Virus record (IMG/VR): IMGVR_UViG_3300044568_003163
Span: 230,035 to 294,034 of that record
Reading direction: 5' to 3' (one strand)
DNA: 64,000 nucleotides
The notes under the pieces were generated by a model that did not search any database, had not been told where the DNA came from, and was given only the letters and a program-made list of their open reading frames with translations. Shown here piece after piece: positions 17,144-27,003 of this stretch. Positions within the stretch are counted from its first letter, which is position 1. Each line of letters starts with the position of its first letter. Both the position numbers and the translations under genes were made by a program.

Positions 17144-18757
17144 TTACATTCCTGTTGCTTCGGCATCCTTTTTGGCTGCTTCTCTTCTTTCTACATCTTC
17201 GATGTCTTTTAGTTTCTTGTTAAGACGTAAATCGTCATTAGATAAACCTAAGAATCTTTGTATTAAGAATTCAGAAGCAAAGTATTTTACTTCGTTCATG
17301 TTTGCATCAGTATCAACAAGACCATCTTTCATCGAAGTTACGAAGTCTAATCTTTTCTGTAAGATTTCAATTTCTTTCATCTCTTCAAAGATGTTCATTG
17401 TGTTATATTTTACACCGATTTGGGCTTTAAACGCATCGTCTTCTTTTATTTCAGGAAAGTCTAAACACATTTGAATCCAAAGTGGTTTTGTAAGTATTTC
17501 TTGGAAAACTGAACGTAAACGAGTAACAAAACGTCCAAATTTAATCTCGTCTCTAGTCATACCCTCGGCATTCATTTCCCATGAAGGTGGGGATTCCATA
17601 TCAAAACGGGAAAGTGGAATTTTAGATACTTTAATTAATTTCTCTCTGAAGTATTTAAGAGCATCAGTATCTGAAAGGTCTGGACCATCGTTTCCAATAG
17701 TCTCTATTGTAGGTTCACCAGCATCACCTGATGGCAACCAATATTCTTTGTTAAATGGCATCATTGCTTTACCATTAACTTTTAATTCACCAGATTCAGT
17801 ATCAAAATCTATTTGCTCTCGGTAGTTTTGCATTAAAACTCCAAGAGATTGTTTTGCTCTAGTTTTTGATTTACCACCAACCGGAATTACAAATTTAGTT
17901 TTAAACGAAGCATTAACAGTAGCCCAAATAACTCTTGAGTGTTCCATAATTCTAAGTAAGTTAAAAGAACGAATAAGTCTTTCAACATAAGAAACTCGAT
18001 TTACAGTATTAACGTTAGCATAAGAGATGTAAATAACTTGAGAATCATAAACAACTCTTTCCTTATTTGGCATACCTTTAAATTGTTTCCAAATTTTCTT
18101 ACCTTCTTTATCGATTCCAGGTTCAAGATTTATTGGATCTAATTCTTTAAATCCTATAATTCTTGATTGTTCTTTGTCGTAAATTATCTCAAATGCAAGA
18201 TAACCATCAACTAACCATTTTCTAAAGTAAGACCAAGCGGCAATATCATTATTGAATCCAAAGTATTGATAGATTCTTTTAAAATTAGTATCTAAAGCGA
18301 TTTTAACTGCTTCTAATGTTGTAGGTTCTAATGTATCATCATCAAAAGATAATGGCATACAAAAGTAATTTTTATCATCATAAACTACACATTCATCACA
18401 AAGAGTATCAAGAATATCTTCTATCTCATCTTGGATAGCGAATTTTCTAAGGTCTTCTCTTTTCTTAGGATATGATTTATCAAAGATGGAAATTGATTTA
18501 CGAAGATTGATATCGGTCATCGATAGATTAGCGAAAAGTGCATAATCATCGTATTCTCCTCCAGCAACATTTCTCGGATCAAGTCTCCAACCATATTGGT
18601 CTTCGTTGATACCGATAGCTTTGGAATTCTTCAGCACCATATCATCATACATCATTCCAAAGGAAGATAATGATTTAAGTGCTTTGCTGACGATATTTCT
18701 CGAAGCCGGTGTTGGTTTACCGTTTGAGGTTTCGTCTCTATTTACAAATCCTGGCAT
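17144..18757 (-). CDS. gp20: Portal vertex protein (gp20-like)
   Basis: FRKWLVDG, LRIMEHSRVIW, EYWLP and ETI motifs; order portal-protease-capsid as in T4. Confidence 0.93.
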   Translation of the reverse strand: MPGFVNRDETSNGKPTPASRNIVSKALKSLSSFGMMYDDMVLKNSKAIGINEDQYGWRLDPRNVAGGEYDDYALFANLSMTDINLRKSISIFDKSYPKKREDLRKFAIQDEIEDILDTLCDECVVYDDKNYFCMPLSFDDDTLEPTTLEAVKIALDTNFKRIYQYFGFNNDIAAWSYFRKWLVDGYLAFEIIYDKEQSRIIGFKELDPINLEPGIDKEGKKIWKQFKGMPNKERVVYDSQVIYISYANVNTVNRVSYVERLIRSFNLLRIMEHSRVIWATVNASFKTKFVIPVGGKSKTRAKQSLGVLMQNYREQIDFDTESGELKVNGKAMMPFNKEYWLPSGDAGEPTIETIGNDGPDLSDTDALKYFREKLIKVSKIPLSRFDMESPPSWEMNAEGMTRDEIKFGRFVTRLRSVFQEILTKPLWIQMCLDFPEIKEDDAFKAQIGVKYNTMNIFEEMKEIEILQKRLDFVTSMKDGLVDTDANMNEVKYFASEFLIQRFLGLSNDDLRLNKKLKDIEDVERREAAKKDAEATGM

Positions 18758-18779
18758 AAGTTTATTATTATGGGTTTAA

Positions 18780-18788
18780 GTATATATT
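18780..18788 (-). promoter_or_regulatory. Putative late promoter AATATATAC
   Basis: 22 nt upstream of the portal ATG. Confidence 0.5.
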
Positions 18789-18801
18789 CGTGTTGAAATG
18801 A

Positions 18802-19545
18802 TTACTTTATAAATTTGAATTTATTACTACTTTTTGATTTTTCTCTAGTAATTTTAACTTCGGATACGTTAGATTTTTGATATATGATATATTTCTTATA
18901 GTCTTCGTAAATACTATTTAAACTTGTCCCAGCAGCATTTATCCTAAGTTCTGGAAAAATTCTAGGCTGATCTAATTTTATTGCTTTATCCCAATCTTCG
19001 TAACAAACGCAAACTTTTGGTGAGAGTACTCTAGATGGTATATATTGTCTTAAGGCAAAAGATAACCCAAACTGATCTAAAGCTACTTTTAATTGATATA
19101 AATCTAACATAACTGGACCTTGTTCTTTAGCATTAAAAGATTTACCCTTTATGTTTTTTTCGTAACTAGATTTGTATAAATGCCTAATCTTTTCTACAAT
19201 ATATTTTCTAGCAGCTGGAGGATACCAACTAATGTTAAGGCCTACCATTAGTTTTCCTTTATTTGCTTGAACCATACCTAAACATAAAACAATAGGATGT
19301 TTATCCCAATAATCTAATGTAGTTTTTCCTTTAGCATCGTATTTAAAAATATAAATCTTACCAGGTTGAAAATTAGGGTCTCGGTCTACTTGTACTCGAG
19401 TACTCTTTTTATTATTAGATTCATCAAGAAACCATTGATATGCTGCCTTAGAATCTAAAACCGTCTTTGGTTCTTCTGAACCCATTTTAGATTGAAGGTT
19501 CAGTAACTTAATAATGTCTTGTAAAAAATCTAAAACTAAGCTCAT
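18802..19545 (-). CDS. gp2: DNA end protector protein (gp2-like)
   Basis: PGKIYIFKYDAK, YWDKHP and GLNISWYPP resemble gp2 motifs; adjacent to gp4 as in T4. Confidence 0.75.
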   Translation of the reverse strand: MSLVLDFLQDIIKLLNLQSKMGSEEPKTVLDSKAAYQWFLDESNNKKSTRVQVDRDPNFQPGKIYIFKYDAKGKTTLDYWDKHPIVLCLGMVQANKGKLMVGLNISWYPPAARKYIVEKIRHLYKSSYEKNIKGKSFNAKEQGPVMLDLYQLKVALDQFGLSFALRQYIPSRVLSPKVCVCYEDWDKAIKLDQPRIFPELRINAAGTSLNSIYEDYKKYIIYQKSNVSEVKITREKSKSSNKFKFIK

Positions 19546-20018
19546 GATTTACCGGCAAAAAAATCTTCCGTAACATACATAAATTTCCAACCTCTAGCTT
19601 TAGAATAGGCTTCAGCGGCATTCTTTTTACTTAGATTAGTAATCCAAGTTTCGTAACTCCATTTATAGGAATTTAATGCCTTAGCGGTTTTTCTAATAGG
19701 TAAAGTTGGCTTTAGTAATTGAGATTTTGGTTTAATTTCTACGATGATAATTTCACCACTAGAAAGCCTCAATATGTAGTCAGGGAAGTATTTATGATAT
19801 TTGTTGTCCAATGGAAGGAAATAAGGTATCGAAAAAGATTCCGAAGACCAACTAAGTATCTCCGGATTTCTTTCACAATATAGACAAAATTTCTTTTCCC
19901 AAGAAGATCGGTATATGATAGGACCACTTCCTGAATATTTCTTGCATTCATTAATAGGAAAATATCCTTGAATAAACCCTGATTTTTTAGAAGGTTTATT
20001 ACCTTTTATTGAATGCAT
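19542..20018 (-). CDS. gp4: Head completion nuclease (gp4-like, TnsA-type PD-(D/E)xK)
   Basis: YRSSWEKKF, WSSE, YFPDY, VEIKP and K...A...Y...GWKF. Confidence 0.88.
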   Translation of the reverse strand: MHSIKGNKPSKKSGFIQGYFPINECKKYSGSGPIIYRSSWEKKFCLYCERNPEILSWSSESFSIPYFLPLDNKYHKYFPDYILRLSSGEIIIVEIKPKSQLLKPTLPIRKTAKALNSYKWSYETWITNLSKKNAAEAYSKARGWKFMYVTEDFFAGKS

Positions 20019-20026
20019 ATTTTAAT

Positions 20027-20770
20027 TTAGAATTTAGATTTAGCAGTAAACCAATAGATTTCAAAGCCTCCGTATTTCTCTCCCATACATAATACATTCA
20101 TTGTCGAATCAAAAGTTATATAATCATCTGCTTCTGCCTTTGGGAAATCCTTGATTTCCGCACCTCTAAATTTAGATTTCAACGCTTTATATGTGTCATA
20201 TAAATCATCGTCAAAATTTTCATCGAGACCAAATACATCTTTTGGTTCGGCTCCTAAATGTTTACATATTTCTCTTACTAATTCCTGTAACGGTTTGTCA
20301 TCACCTTTCTCATCAATATAAGTTTGAGCATCGAATTCTCCACTTAATTCAGCGATGGCTTTAGCAACACTTAGTTTACCTTCGTTAATCGTAGAAGAAC
20401 TAGAAGTTCTTACTAATCTACGAGAGTTTTTTTTAGAGGTAGAAACACCTTCTAAAACTTGTACAAAACCACCTTTAGCAATAACATCAGCAATTTCAAC
20501 ATCGGTCATCTGAACGTCATTAGCTTTGTCTTCACCATTAAATAAGTGAACTCCATCGGTTACACCTGCATAGTACATGTCAGTGTTAACGTTTCCATCT
20601 ACTGTGATAACATATTCTTTACCAGGTAACAATTCAGAAACTGAAGTTAAAGCTGGACCAGTTGGATCTTGTCCTGTAGTATTTTGTGGGTTGAATCCAT
20701 CAGCATCAGTAGCCTCCTGAATCTTGTAATGTTCGTTTACGAACTCGTCAAATGATAATAATTTTTTCAT
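20027..20770 (-). CDS. Putative internal head protein (CTS-like), two-domain
   Basis: Starts MKKLLSFDEFVNE; ends FTAKSKF like the neighbouring gene. Confidence 0.7.
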   Translation of the reverse strand: MKKLLSFDEFVNEHYKIQEATDADGFNPQNTTGQDPTGPALTSVSELLPGKEYVITVDGNVNTDMYYAGVTDGVHLFNGEDKANDVQMTDVEIADVIAKGGFVQVLEGVSTSKKNSRRLVRTSSSSTINEGKLSVAKAIAELSGEFDAQTYIDEKGDDKPLQELVREICKHLGAEPKDVFGLDENFDDDLYDTYKALKSKFRGAEIKDFPKAEADDYITFDSTMNVLCMGEKYGGFEIYWFTAKSKF

Positions 20771-20795
20771 TTTTAATTTATTGTTGTTTTTATTT

Positions 20796-21203
20796 TTATT
20801 TGATAAATTTAGATTTAGCAGTAAAGAAATAACTAATCATTCCATTATCTTCTGCTCTAACTACATTAGATTTTGTAAAATGATTTAAGTCTTCTCCCAT
20901 ACTGAAATCATTACTTGCAATAGATTTTGTTTCCGGAGTCATTCCGTTATATTCACTATCGATTTCATCAAAAAGCTGAACAAGATCGTCTTCCATTTCT
21001 TCTGAGCTTACCATAAAAATTTCAGTTGGTTTTGCTTTAAGAGCTTTAATTATTAAGTCGTATCCGTGATATTCACCTTCTATCTCTGTTATGTTCGGTA
21101 AATCTCTTGATTTTATAGCATCTTTGAAGAATGTTTCTTCATTTAGTGAGTTTAATTTGCTTGATTCATTTATAAATTCAGCAAAAGATAGTAAATTTTT
21201 CAT
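20796..21203 (-). CDS. Putative internal head protein (CTS-like), paralogue of the 20027..20770 C-domain
   Basis: Starts MKNLLSFAEFINE; ends FTAKSKFIK; late-motif variant at 21220-21229. Confidence 0.7.
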   Translation of the reverse strand: MKNLLSFAEFINESSKLNSLNEETFFKDAIKSRDLPNITEIEGEYHGYDLIIKALKAKPTEIFMVSSEEMEDDLVQLFDEIDSEYNGMTPETKSIASNDFSMGEDLNHFTKSNVVRAEDNGMISYFFTAKSKFIK

Positions 21204-21224
21204 TTGTTGTTTTTGTTTTTATAT

Positions 21225-21749
21225 TTATCCAATGTATGTTGGGTAACTTCCTCCAGATGCAGAATCCGTAGTGTTTCGATACCCTTTAACTTTTGGATTA
21301 GAATCTGCAGCAGATACAGGATTTAATGTACCAGTACCAACCATTTCCGCTTCTTCAACTTCTTCTCCTTCTTTTTTCTTAGGAGGATTTTCTTCTAATT
21401 CCTTTTTTAATTCCTTTTGAGCAACTACAGCTTCTGGATTTTGAATCTTTTCAGCTTTATCTCTGATTTTATTCATTTCTTCTTGACTTAATTCATCCTT
21501 AAGAATAAAAGTAGAAGGCTTTTCATTAGTAAATATTTTACTTCGGAAATAATCAAATACAAAAACTAATTTGTCTTGATCGTATACATTAAAAGTTTTA
21601 GAAAATGCGTCTTGTTCAAATCTATATTTTTCTAGATTTTCTATTTTCCATGCAGACCACCATTCTGGAGTCATAGCATATACTCGATTTAGATTAGATA
21701 GGCTAACGGATTCATTAACAAAATCTGCAAATTTTAAAAGACGATTCAT
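21225..21749 (-). CDS. Putative internal head protein (CTS-like)
   Basis: Start moved to MNRLLKFADFVNE (21749), which removes the overlap with gp55. Confidence 0.65.
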   Translation of the reverse strand: MNRLLKFADFVNESVSLSNLNRVYAMTPEWWSAWKIENLEKYRFEQDAFSKTFNVYDQDKLVFVFDYFRSKIFTNEKPSTFILKDELSQEEMNKIRDKAEKIQNPEAVVAQKELKKELEENPPKKKEGEEVEEAEMVGTGTLNPVSAADSNPKVKGYRNTTDSASGGSYPTYIG

Positions 21750-21762
21750 TTTGTTTATTATT

Positions 21763-22122
21763 TTAAACGGAATAAATACCTTCAGAATCACCATTACCTC
21801 CACTTAGAGAAATAGTTCCTTTGTATTTTCCTGGATGTAATTTATTCCATCCTTTTGCATATCCATTTTTTGCTATTTGAGTAAAATATGAAAATGCGTT
21901 TTTTGTTTTTTCTGGCTTAAATGATTTCCAGTATTTAAACAAATCCAAAAGGGCAAAAGCTATACAATCTTCTCTGTCCATCGGATCTTCATACGTTAAT
22001 CGTGTATTAGCTCGATAGGCAATTAAGATCAGCATTTCTTCTGCCTTCTTGGTTAATTTTTCTTGTTTTAAGGAAATGCATATTTCCTCGTAGAGTTCTT
22101 TTGGTTTTACGTAAATTGACAT
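21763..22122 (-). CDS. gp55: Late-transcription sigma factor (gp55-like), minimal
   Basis: YVKPKELY, DREDCI and FKPEKTKNAFSYFTQI (sigma region 2 core). Confidence 0.85.
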   Translation of the reverse strand: MSIYVKPKELYEEICISLKQEKLTKKAEEMLILIAYRANTRLTYEDPMDREDCIAFALLDLFKYWKSFKPEKTKNAFSYFTQIAKNGYAKGWNKLHPGKYKGTISLSGGNGDSEGIYSV

Positions 22123-22134
22123 TGATTTGAGGTT

Positions 22135-22356
22135 TTAAAATTTAACGTCTAAAAACTTTCTTTCAATTAACTCCTTTTTACCTGTCGGAAGAACGATTTC
22201 AACTTTATCAGAATTTCCACTTTTAGTGTATTGTAAAGCATTAACTTTAACCACATCTCCTTTTTTATAATTTTTAAAAGGAGATGTAATCGAAGCGTTT
22301 ACGTATTCATCTGATTTTGATTCATTCAACCATTCATCAAATGTAGATAGTTTCAT
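22135..22356 (-). CDS. Small putative internal head protein (CTS-like)
   Basis: Start moved to MKLSTFDEWLNE (22356). Confidence 0.6.
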   Translation of the reverse strand: MKLSTFDEWLNESKSDEYVNASITSPFKNYKKGDVVKVNALQYTKSGNSDKVEIVLPTGKKELIERKFLDVKF

Positions 22357-22370
22357 ATTAGAATATGTTT

Positions 22371-24035
22371 TTAGCAGCAAGTGATTTGTCCGCTTTTAAT
22401 TAAGTCGGTCACCTCTATCTCAGTCATATGCAAAGGTTGTGCATTAGTTTCAAGATCTTTCTGATTGAATATATAAGCTCCACCAGTTTCACCTACAAAT
22501 ATGTAACCTGCAACACCTTTAACGGTATATTCTTTACCTGCGGTTAAATCAGTAATTGATTGTACTGGAATATTTCCAGGAACTGCAGTTTCTCCAGCTT
22601 TAGGTAAGAAAGGAGTTTCAACACCTTCAACAACTTCTCCTTTTAATTTAGCAAGAATTACGTTTTGTTCTTTGATTTGTGATTCTAATAAAGATTTTGC
22701 TTGATCGATAAACTCAGATTTCCCTAAAGTTCTTTCTGCAGCATCAATATCCGCAAGTTTTTCGATGATAAATTTGATTCTACCTTCAACTTTTCCAAGT
22801 TCAGCATTTTTTCTAGAGATTTCAGCCTTTTCGTTTTCAACTAAATGAGATAATGATTCAGTTATATCGTAGTTCATAAAATCTTTTACCATTTCAACTG
22901 CTTCATTAGCAGAAGAAGCTTCAACAAGAGAATTTTCTTTCATTCCTTTGTTTATCTTTTGTACAAATACTCTATCTTCAACATTGAAGATAGAAACTGA
23001 AAGACCTTCAAAAACTGAAGATGATACTTTATAACCAAAGTCAAGTTCTTTAACTTTAGCACCTTCATTTACTGCTCTTTGAATAAGAGCAAGTTTATCT
23101 TGCTCATTAAATCTAACAAATCCAGAAGTAACTAATTGAGTAGCAAGTGAAGTAGATTCAACAAGTTTACCATTAAGAGTAACTTTAGGTTGTTCACCAA
23201 ATGTAATATCTAATACTGAGTTAGGATTAGGGTACATTCTCATTTGATTATCTCCAAATTTAGCAGATTCAGTAATCTTAACTAAAGAATTAAAATCGTT
23301 ATTACCAGCAAAAGCAGATTCAGAAATTGTATTTCCTTTAATTTCTAAGAATTTACCAGAAGAGTAAAAAGCAAAAGTATTTTCATCAATAGTTTCGATT
23401 GGTGAATATATTTTTTGAACTTTAAAATTAGGGTTTTGTCCATTTACTGCACCTTTTTGTGCTGAACAATACTCATAAAGTCTTTTAACAATAGGAATCC
23501 AAACTTCAGTTTCTAAACCTTCAACTACAGCAAATGTAGGATTTTCAGCATTAGAAGCTTCTCTAAGAGAATTAATTGCTTTTGTGTAATAAGCTTTGTT
23601 TCTATCTAATTCTAAGTCTCTAATTATAGACTCAATAAGAATATAAGTTTGATTAGCTTTGATAAATTCTTGACCTTCAGTGATGAAAGTTTTGATTTGT
23701 GGCATCCAAGAATAAGCATTTAATTCTTTGATCGCTGACTCAAGAATAGCAATTCTACCTAAAAGGTAAGAATCTGCGATTTGAGTTTTAGCTTCCGATA
23801 AAGTTGAAGCAGTAGCAATATGTTTAGCTCTGTTTTGTTCAACACCTTTACCGATTAATTCAGCATAAGCATCTTTAGCAGAAACCGAACCTTCAGCAAT
23901 TTCTAATGAAGCTATGTTACCGTAGTGTCTTTCAACAATCAATTTCGATGTATTGTTTCTGTCGATACTTTCAAGTAATTCAGAGAATTTAGCTTTAAGA
24001 GATGCAGAATCAAAGGTAGTTTTTAATTTTGACAT
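22371..24035 (-). CDS. Hypothetical putative virion protein
   Basis: Likely start MSKLKTT (24035); C-terminal module resembles the N-domain of 20027..20770. Confidence 0.7.
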   Translation of the reverse strand: MSKLKTTFDSASLKAKFSELLESIDRNNTSKLIVERHYGNIASLEIAEGSVSAKDAYAELIGKGVEQNRAKHIATASTLSEAKTQIADSYLLGRIAILESAIKELNAYSWMPQIKTFITEGQEFIKANQTYILIESIIRDLELDRNKAYYTKAINSLREASNAENPTFAVVEGLETEVWIPIVKRLYEYCSAQKGAVNGQNPNFKVQKIYSPIETIDENTFAFYSSGKFLEIKGNTISESAFAGNNDFNSLVKITESAKFGDNQMRMYPNPNSVLDITFGEQPKVTLNGKLVESTSLATQLVTSGFVRFNEQDKLALIQRAVNEGAKVKELDFGYKVSSSVFEGLSVSIFNVEDRVFVQKINKGMKENSLVEASSANEAVEMVKDFMNYDITESLSHLVENEKAEISRKNAELGKVEGRIKFIIEKLADIDAAERTLGKSEFIDQAKSLLESQIKEQNVILAKLKGEVVEGVETPFLPKAGETAVPGNIPVQSITDLTAGKEYTVKGVAGYIFVGETGGAYIFNQKDLETNAQPLHMTEIEVTDLIKSGQITCC

Positions 24036-24063
24036 GTTTTTATATTGGTTTTTTTGTATTTTA

Positions 24064-24741
24064 TTATTTATACACAGCACATGTAATAGATTTACCATAT
24101 AGTGGTATTAATGCTTCCATGTGTGCAGATTCAATGTAATCAACCATAGTACCAGTAAATAATGGTCTACCGGTTTGATCGTGACTGAAATGTCCTTGAG
24201 TTCCTATTTGCCATAATGGATTAGAACCTGAAGTAATTACTGCTCTGTATTTTTCGTCTCCATTAGTTTTCCAAATTTCAATAGTAGAAGCACCATTAGT
24301 TTTTACGTTGAAGTACTTATTTTCACCTGAAGTAAGATTTAAACTACCACAAGGTAAAATAGCACAACCACCACCTCGATAACCACTACTAAATTGTCTA
24401 GTAGTTTTGAATTGTTCAGAAGAAGGTCTTTTTGAGCCAGGTAAAACGTTGATGGAATTCATCGATTTATCAACATCCATTCCTAATGAACCAGCTCGAT
24501 CAAAGAATACCTTTGTTACTGGATGATCTGATCCGAGAATTTGATCTGCGGCAACACCTCTATCGAATGCTTTATTTTTGTCTGTAATTAACTTACACAT
24601 TGTGTTAGCTAACATTAACATTTTAGATTCATCTCCTTTAGATTTTGTAACAATATCATTAATTCGTTGTAGGTCTTTTTGAGTAGCTTCAAGAACTAAA
24701 GACTCTAAAATAAAATCTTCGTATGTTTGTAAATTTTTCAT
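24064..24741 (-). CDS. Putative internal head protein (CTS-like)
   Basis: Starts MKNLQTYEDFILESLVLE. Confidence 0.7.
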   Translation of the reverse strand: MKNLQTYEDFILESLVLEATQKDLQRINDIVTKSKGDESKMLMLANTMCKLITDKNKAFDRGVAADQILGSDHPVTKVFFDRAGSLGMDVDKSMNSINVLPGSKRPSSEQFKTTRQFSSGYRGGGCAILPCGSLNLTSGENKYFNVKTNGASTIEIWKTNGDEKYRAVITSGSNPLWQIGTQGHFSHDQTGRPLFTGTMVDYIESAHMEALIPLYGKSITCAVYK

Positions 24742-24742
24742 G

Positions 24743-25732
24743 TTATTTAGCAGCTCCTACACCTTTAAGGTTAGGATATCTTTTTAAAACTGATGCAACT
24801 ACTTGTTTTTTCAAGTCTGCATATTGTGGCCATGTAGCCCAAACTAATGCAGTTTTTGCATGTTTCTCGTCGTGTATTGGCCATGCTTTACGATCAGGAA
24901 ATACAAAATCTGTAGGTTTCAATTTATCCTTTTCGGTTTGAGATAACTTCTCAAGAACTTTATGATAGTCTAAAACAGATTCTAAAACCTCATCTTCAAG
25001 ACCAGTCATATCAAATCCCATAGATTCAGAAAGAATCTTTTTGATTTTTTCCATTTTCTGAGCATCTTTTAGAGCATCTTTTAGAGCATCAATTTTTGCA
25101 GTATCTTCAGAACTTTCTCCTTCAGGTTTTTCTTCACCTTCTTTAGATTTTTCTTCATCATCTTTAAGTTTATCTAAAGCTTGTTTAACTCCGTCATCAG
25201 TTTTTGCTTTTGATGGGTCAATTCCTTTAGCTAAATCTTTTGTGTCAGCTTTAAGGATATCGTCCTCTTCTTCATAGAGACCACCTTTAGATTCTTGTAT
25301 GAAATCGATATCTTCAACATCAAATTCGTAATCTGAACCATCTTCGGTATATCCGGTAAATTGAGTTCCCTTTTCACCTTTTAATTCTTTTGGATCGACA
25401 CTATACCAATCGTTCTTAATGAAAACGGTTACTGGCTTTCCATTAGTTTGAGTATATAGGTCATGAGCAGTTTTTCCTTTGAATCTACTTCTAGATGCTT
25501 CACTTAATGCATCAGTGTCTATTGATTCGTTTAAGAATACCTTTTTAAGTACATTTATTTTTCTCTCTTCATCGACTCCAATTGTAGTCAAGAAAAGATA
25601 TATTTGTTCTGGATTTTTTCCTTCAGATGCTAGTTTCTGAACAATTGGAAATAAAGAACCAGCTCCGTAATACGAATATTGACCGAATAGATTCTCATTT
25701 ACGAATTCTTCGTATGATTTAATTTTTGACAT
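24743..25732 (-). CDS. Putative internal head protein (CTS-like), modular
   Basis: Starts MSKIKSYEEFVNE; acidic linkers; C-terminal FVFPDRKAWPIHDEKHA module; late motif at 25752-25760. Confidence 0.7.
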   Translation of the reverse strand: MSKIKSYEEFVNENLFGQYSYYGAGSLFPIVQKLASEGKNPEQIYLFLTTIGVDEERKINVLKKVFLNESIDTDALSEASRSRFKGKTAHDLYTQTNGKPVTVFIKNDWYSVDPKELKGEKGTQFTGYTEDGSDYEFDVEDIDFIQESKGGLYEEEDDILKADTKDLAKGIDPSKAKTDDGVKQALDKLKDDEEKSKEGEEKPEGESSEDTAKIDALKDALKDAQKMEKIKKILSESMGFDMTGLEDEVLESVLDYHKVLEKLSQTEKDKLKPTDFVFPDRKAWPIHDEKHAKTALVWATWPQYADLKKQVVASVLKRYPNLKGVGAAK

Positions 25733-25751
25733 TGATAGACTAAATTTTTAT

Positions 25752-25760
25752 TTATATATC
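25752..25760 (-). promoter_or_regulatory. Putative late promoter GATATATAA
   Basis: 19 nt upstream of 24743..25732. Confidence 0.65.
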
Positions 25761-25772
25761 TTAGTTAATATG

Positions 25773-26969
25773 TTAGTTAGGTGTTGTGGATGGATTATCT
25801 CCAGTTGGCCATGGATTATCTCCAGGGAAAGGTCGATTATATGGTGTTGCTGGTGCAACATAAAGACCCCAGTATGTAGGATTAAGTGATGGCGGTATAG
25901 CTGCAATTGTTGGATCTGTTACGTCGGCAATGCAATTATAAGAAACTCCATTATAAACTACTAAATCTCCTACAATCACAGAAGCATAAACTCCGGTTCC
26001 TCCAATTGTTCCAGGAGTAGGTAATCCACTCGGAGTAGGAGTTCCTATCGGTATACTTGTAGTAGAAGAATATGTAGCACCTGGAGACCAAGGTCCTTTC
26101 CAGTTATATCCGGATTGTCCAATATAGCTATTAGAAAGTGGATCAGAATTTATACCACTCATTTCACCTATAGTTGTACTATCACCAGCTACTGCATTGC
26201 CTCCTATTCTCGGTCCTGGATCGTTAGTAGTCATTGAAGTTGAACCTTGAATATCTCCTGAAAGTAAGATATTAGATTGAATATTACCCATATTGTTTCC
26301 GGCAAATAATGTAGTTCCATCTTTGAATACTGGTATATGAGATTTAATTTCTAAATCAAAAGTTAGTTTAAATTCTTTCTTTTCAGTAAAAGAAAATTCA
26401 ACAGATCTTTCTGATGTTATTTCATCCGGAAATAACATCAGACATGGAATTCGAGTATATCCAATATCTACATTATAGGCTTTTGCTTTAAAGAAAGTTC
26501 TAATAATAGCTTCTGAACATTTTAACTGATCTAAAATTGAGTCTAAATAAATTTCGACACTCAGATTCATTAATATAGGAACCATAAAGGCTTCAGAATT
26601 ATATTGGTTTAAAGTTCCATCGTCTTCTTGGACGATATGGTCCATTCTAACATATTTATTAGTTATAGATTGAGTTTCAATAGAAAACGAGCTAAAATCT
26701 ACAATACCTCTAGGAATTTGATTGTAAAATGTTTCTGCCTGTAAAAATTCAGGATCGAAATCAATATTATTAAGGAAATTATCATTTAAGTATCTTTCAG
26801 CACCAGTTGTACTAAAATAGAAAGGAACCTTAATAGGCATTTTTTGCTCTATTGAGGTCCCTATTTGGTTATTCCACCCTATATGATCTGATAAGGTAGC
26901 TAAACTTCCTACTAAAATGTTACGTAAAGCAACATTGTCTTTATTAAAATGTAAATCGTATGCTGACAC
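25773..26969 (-). CDS. gp15: Tail completion / sheath stabiliser (gp15-like) with C-terminal extension
   Basis: IKVPFYFS, QIPRG and VPILMNLSVEIY...DQLKCSEAI pattern; GTG start; P/G/T-rich tail. Confidence 0.65.
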   Translation of the reverse strand: MSAYDLHFNKDNVALRNILVGSLATLSDHIGWNNQIGTSIEQKMPIKVPFYFSTTGAERYLNDNFLNNIDFDPEFLQAETFYNQIPRGIVDFSSFSIETQSITNKYVRMDHIVQEDDGTLNQYNSEAFMVPILMNLSVEIYLDSILDQLKCSEAIIRTFFKAKAYNVDIGYTRIPCLMLFPDEITSERSVEFSFTEKKEFKLTFDLEIKSHIPVFKDGTTLFAGNNMGNIQSNILLSGDIQGSTSMTTNDPGPRIGGNAVAGDSTTIGEMSGINSDPLSNSYIGQSGYNWKGPWSPGATYSSTTSIPIGTPTPSGLPTPGTIGGTGVYASVIVGDLVVYNGVSYNCIADVTDPTIAAIPPSLNPTYWGLYVAPATPYNRPFPGDNPWPTGDNPSTTPN

Positions 26970-26986
26970 TAATTGTACTTATTTTA

Positions 26987-26995
26987 GTATATATC
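26987..26995 (-). promoter_or_regulatory. Putative late promoter GATATATAC
   Basis: 17 nt upstream of the gp15-like gene, between it and gp46. Confidence 0.65.
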
Positions 26996-27003
26996 CACTT
27001 TTC

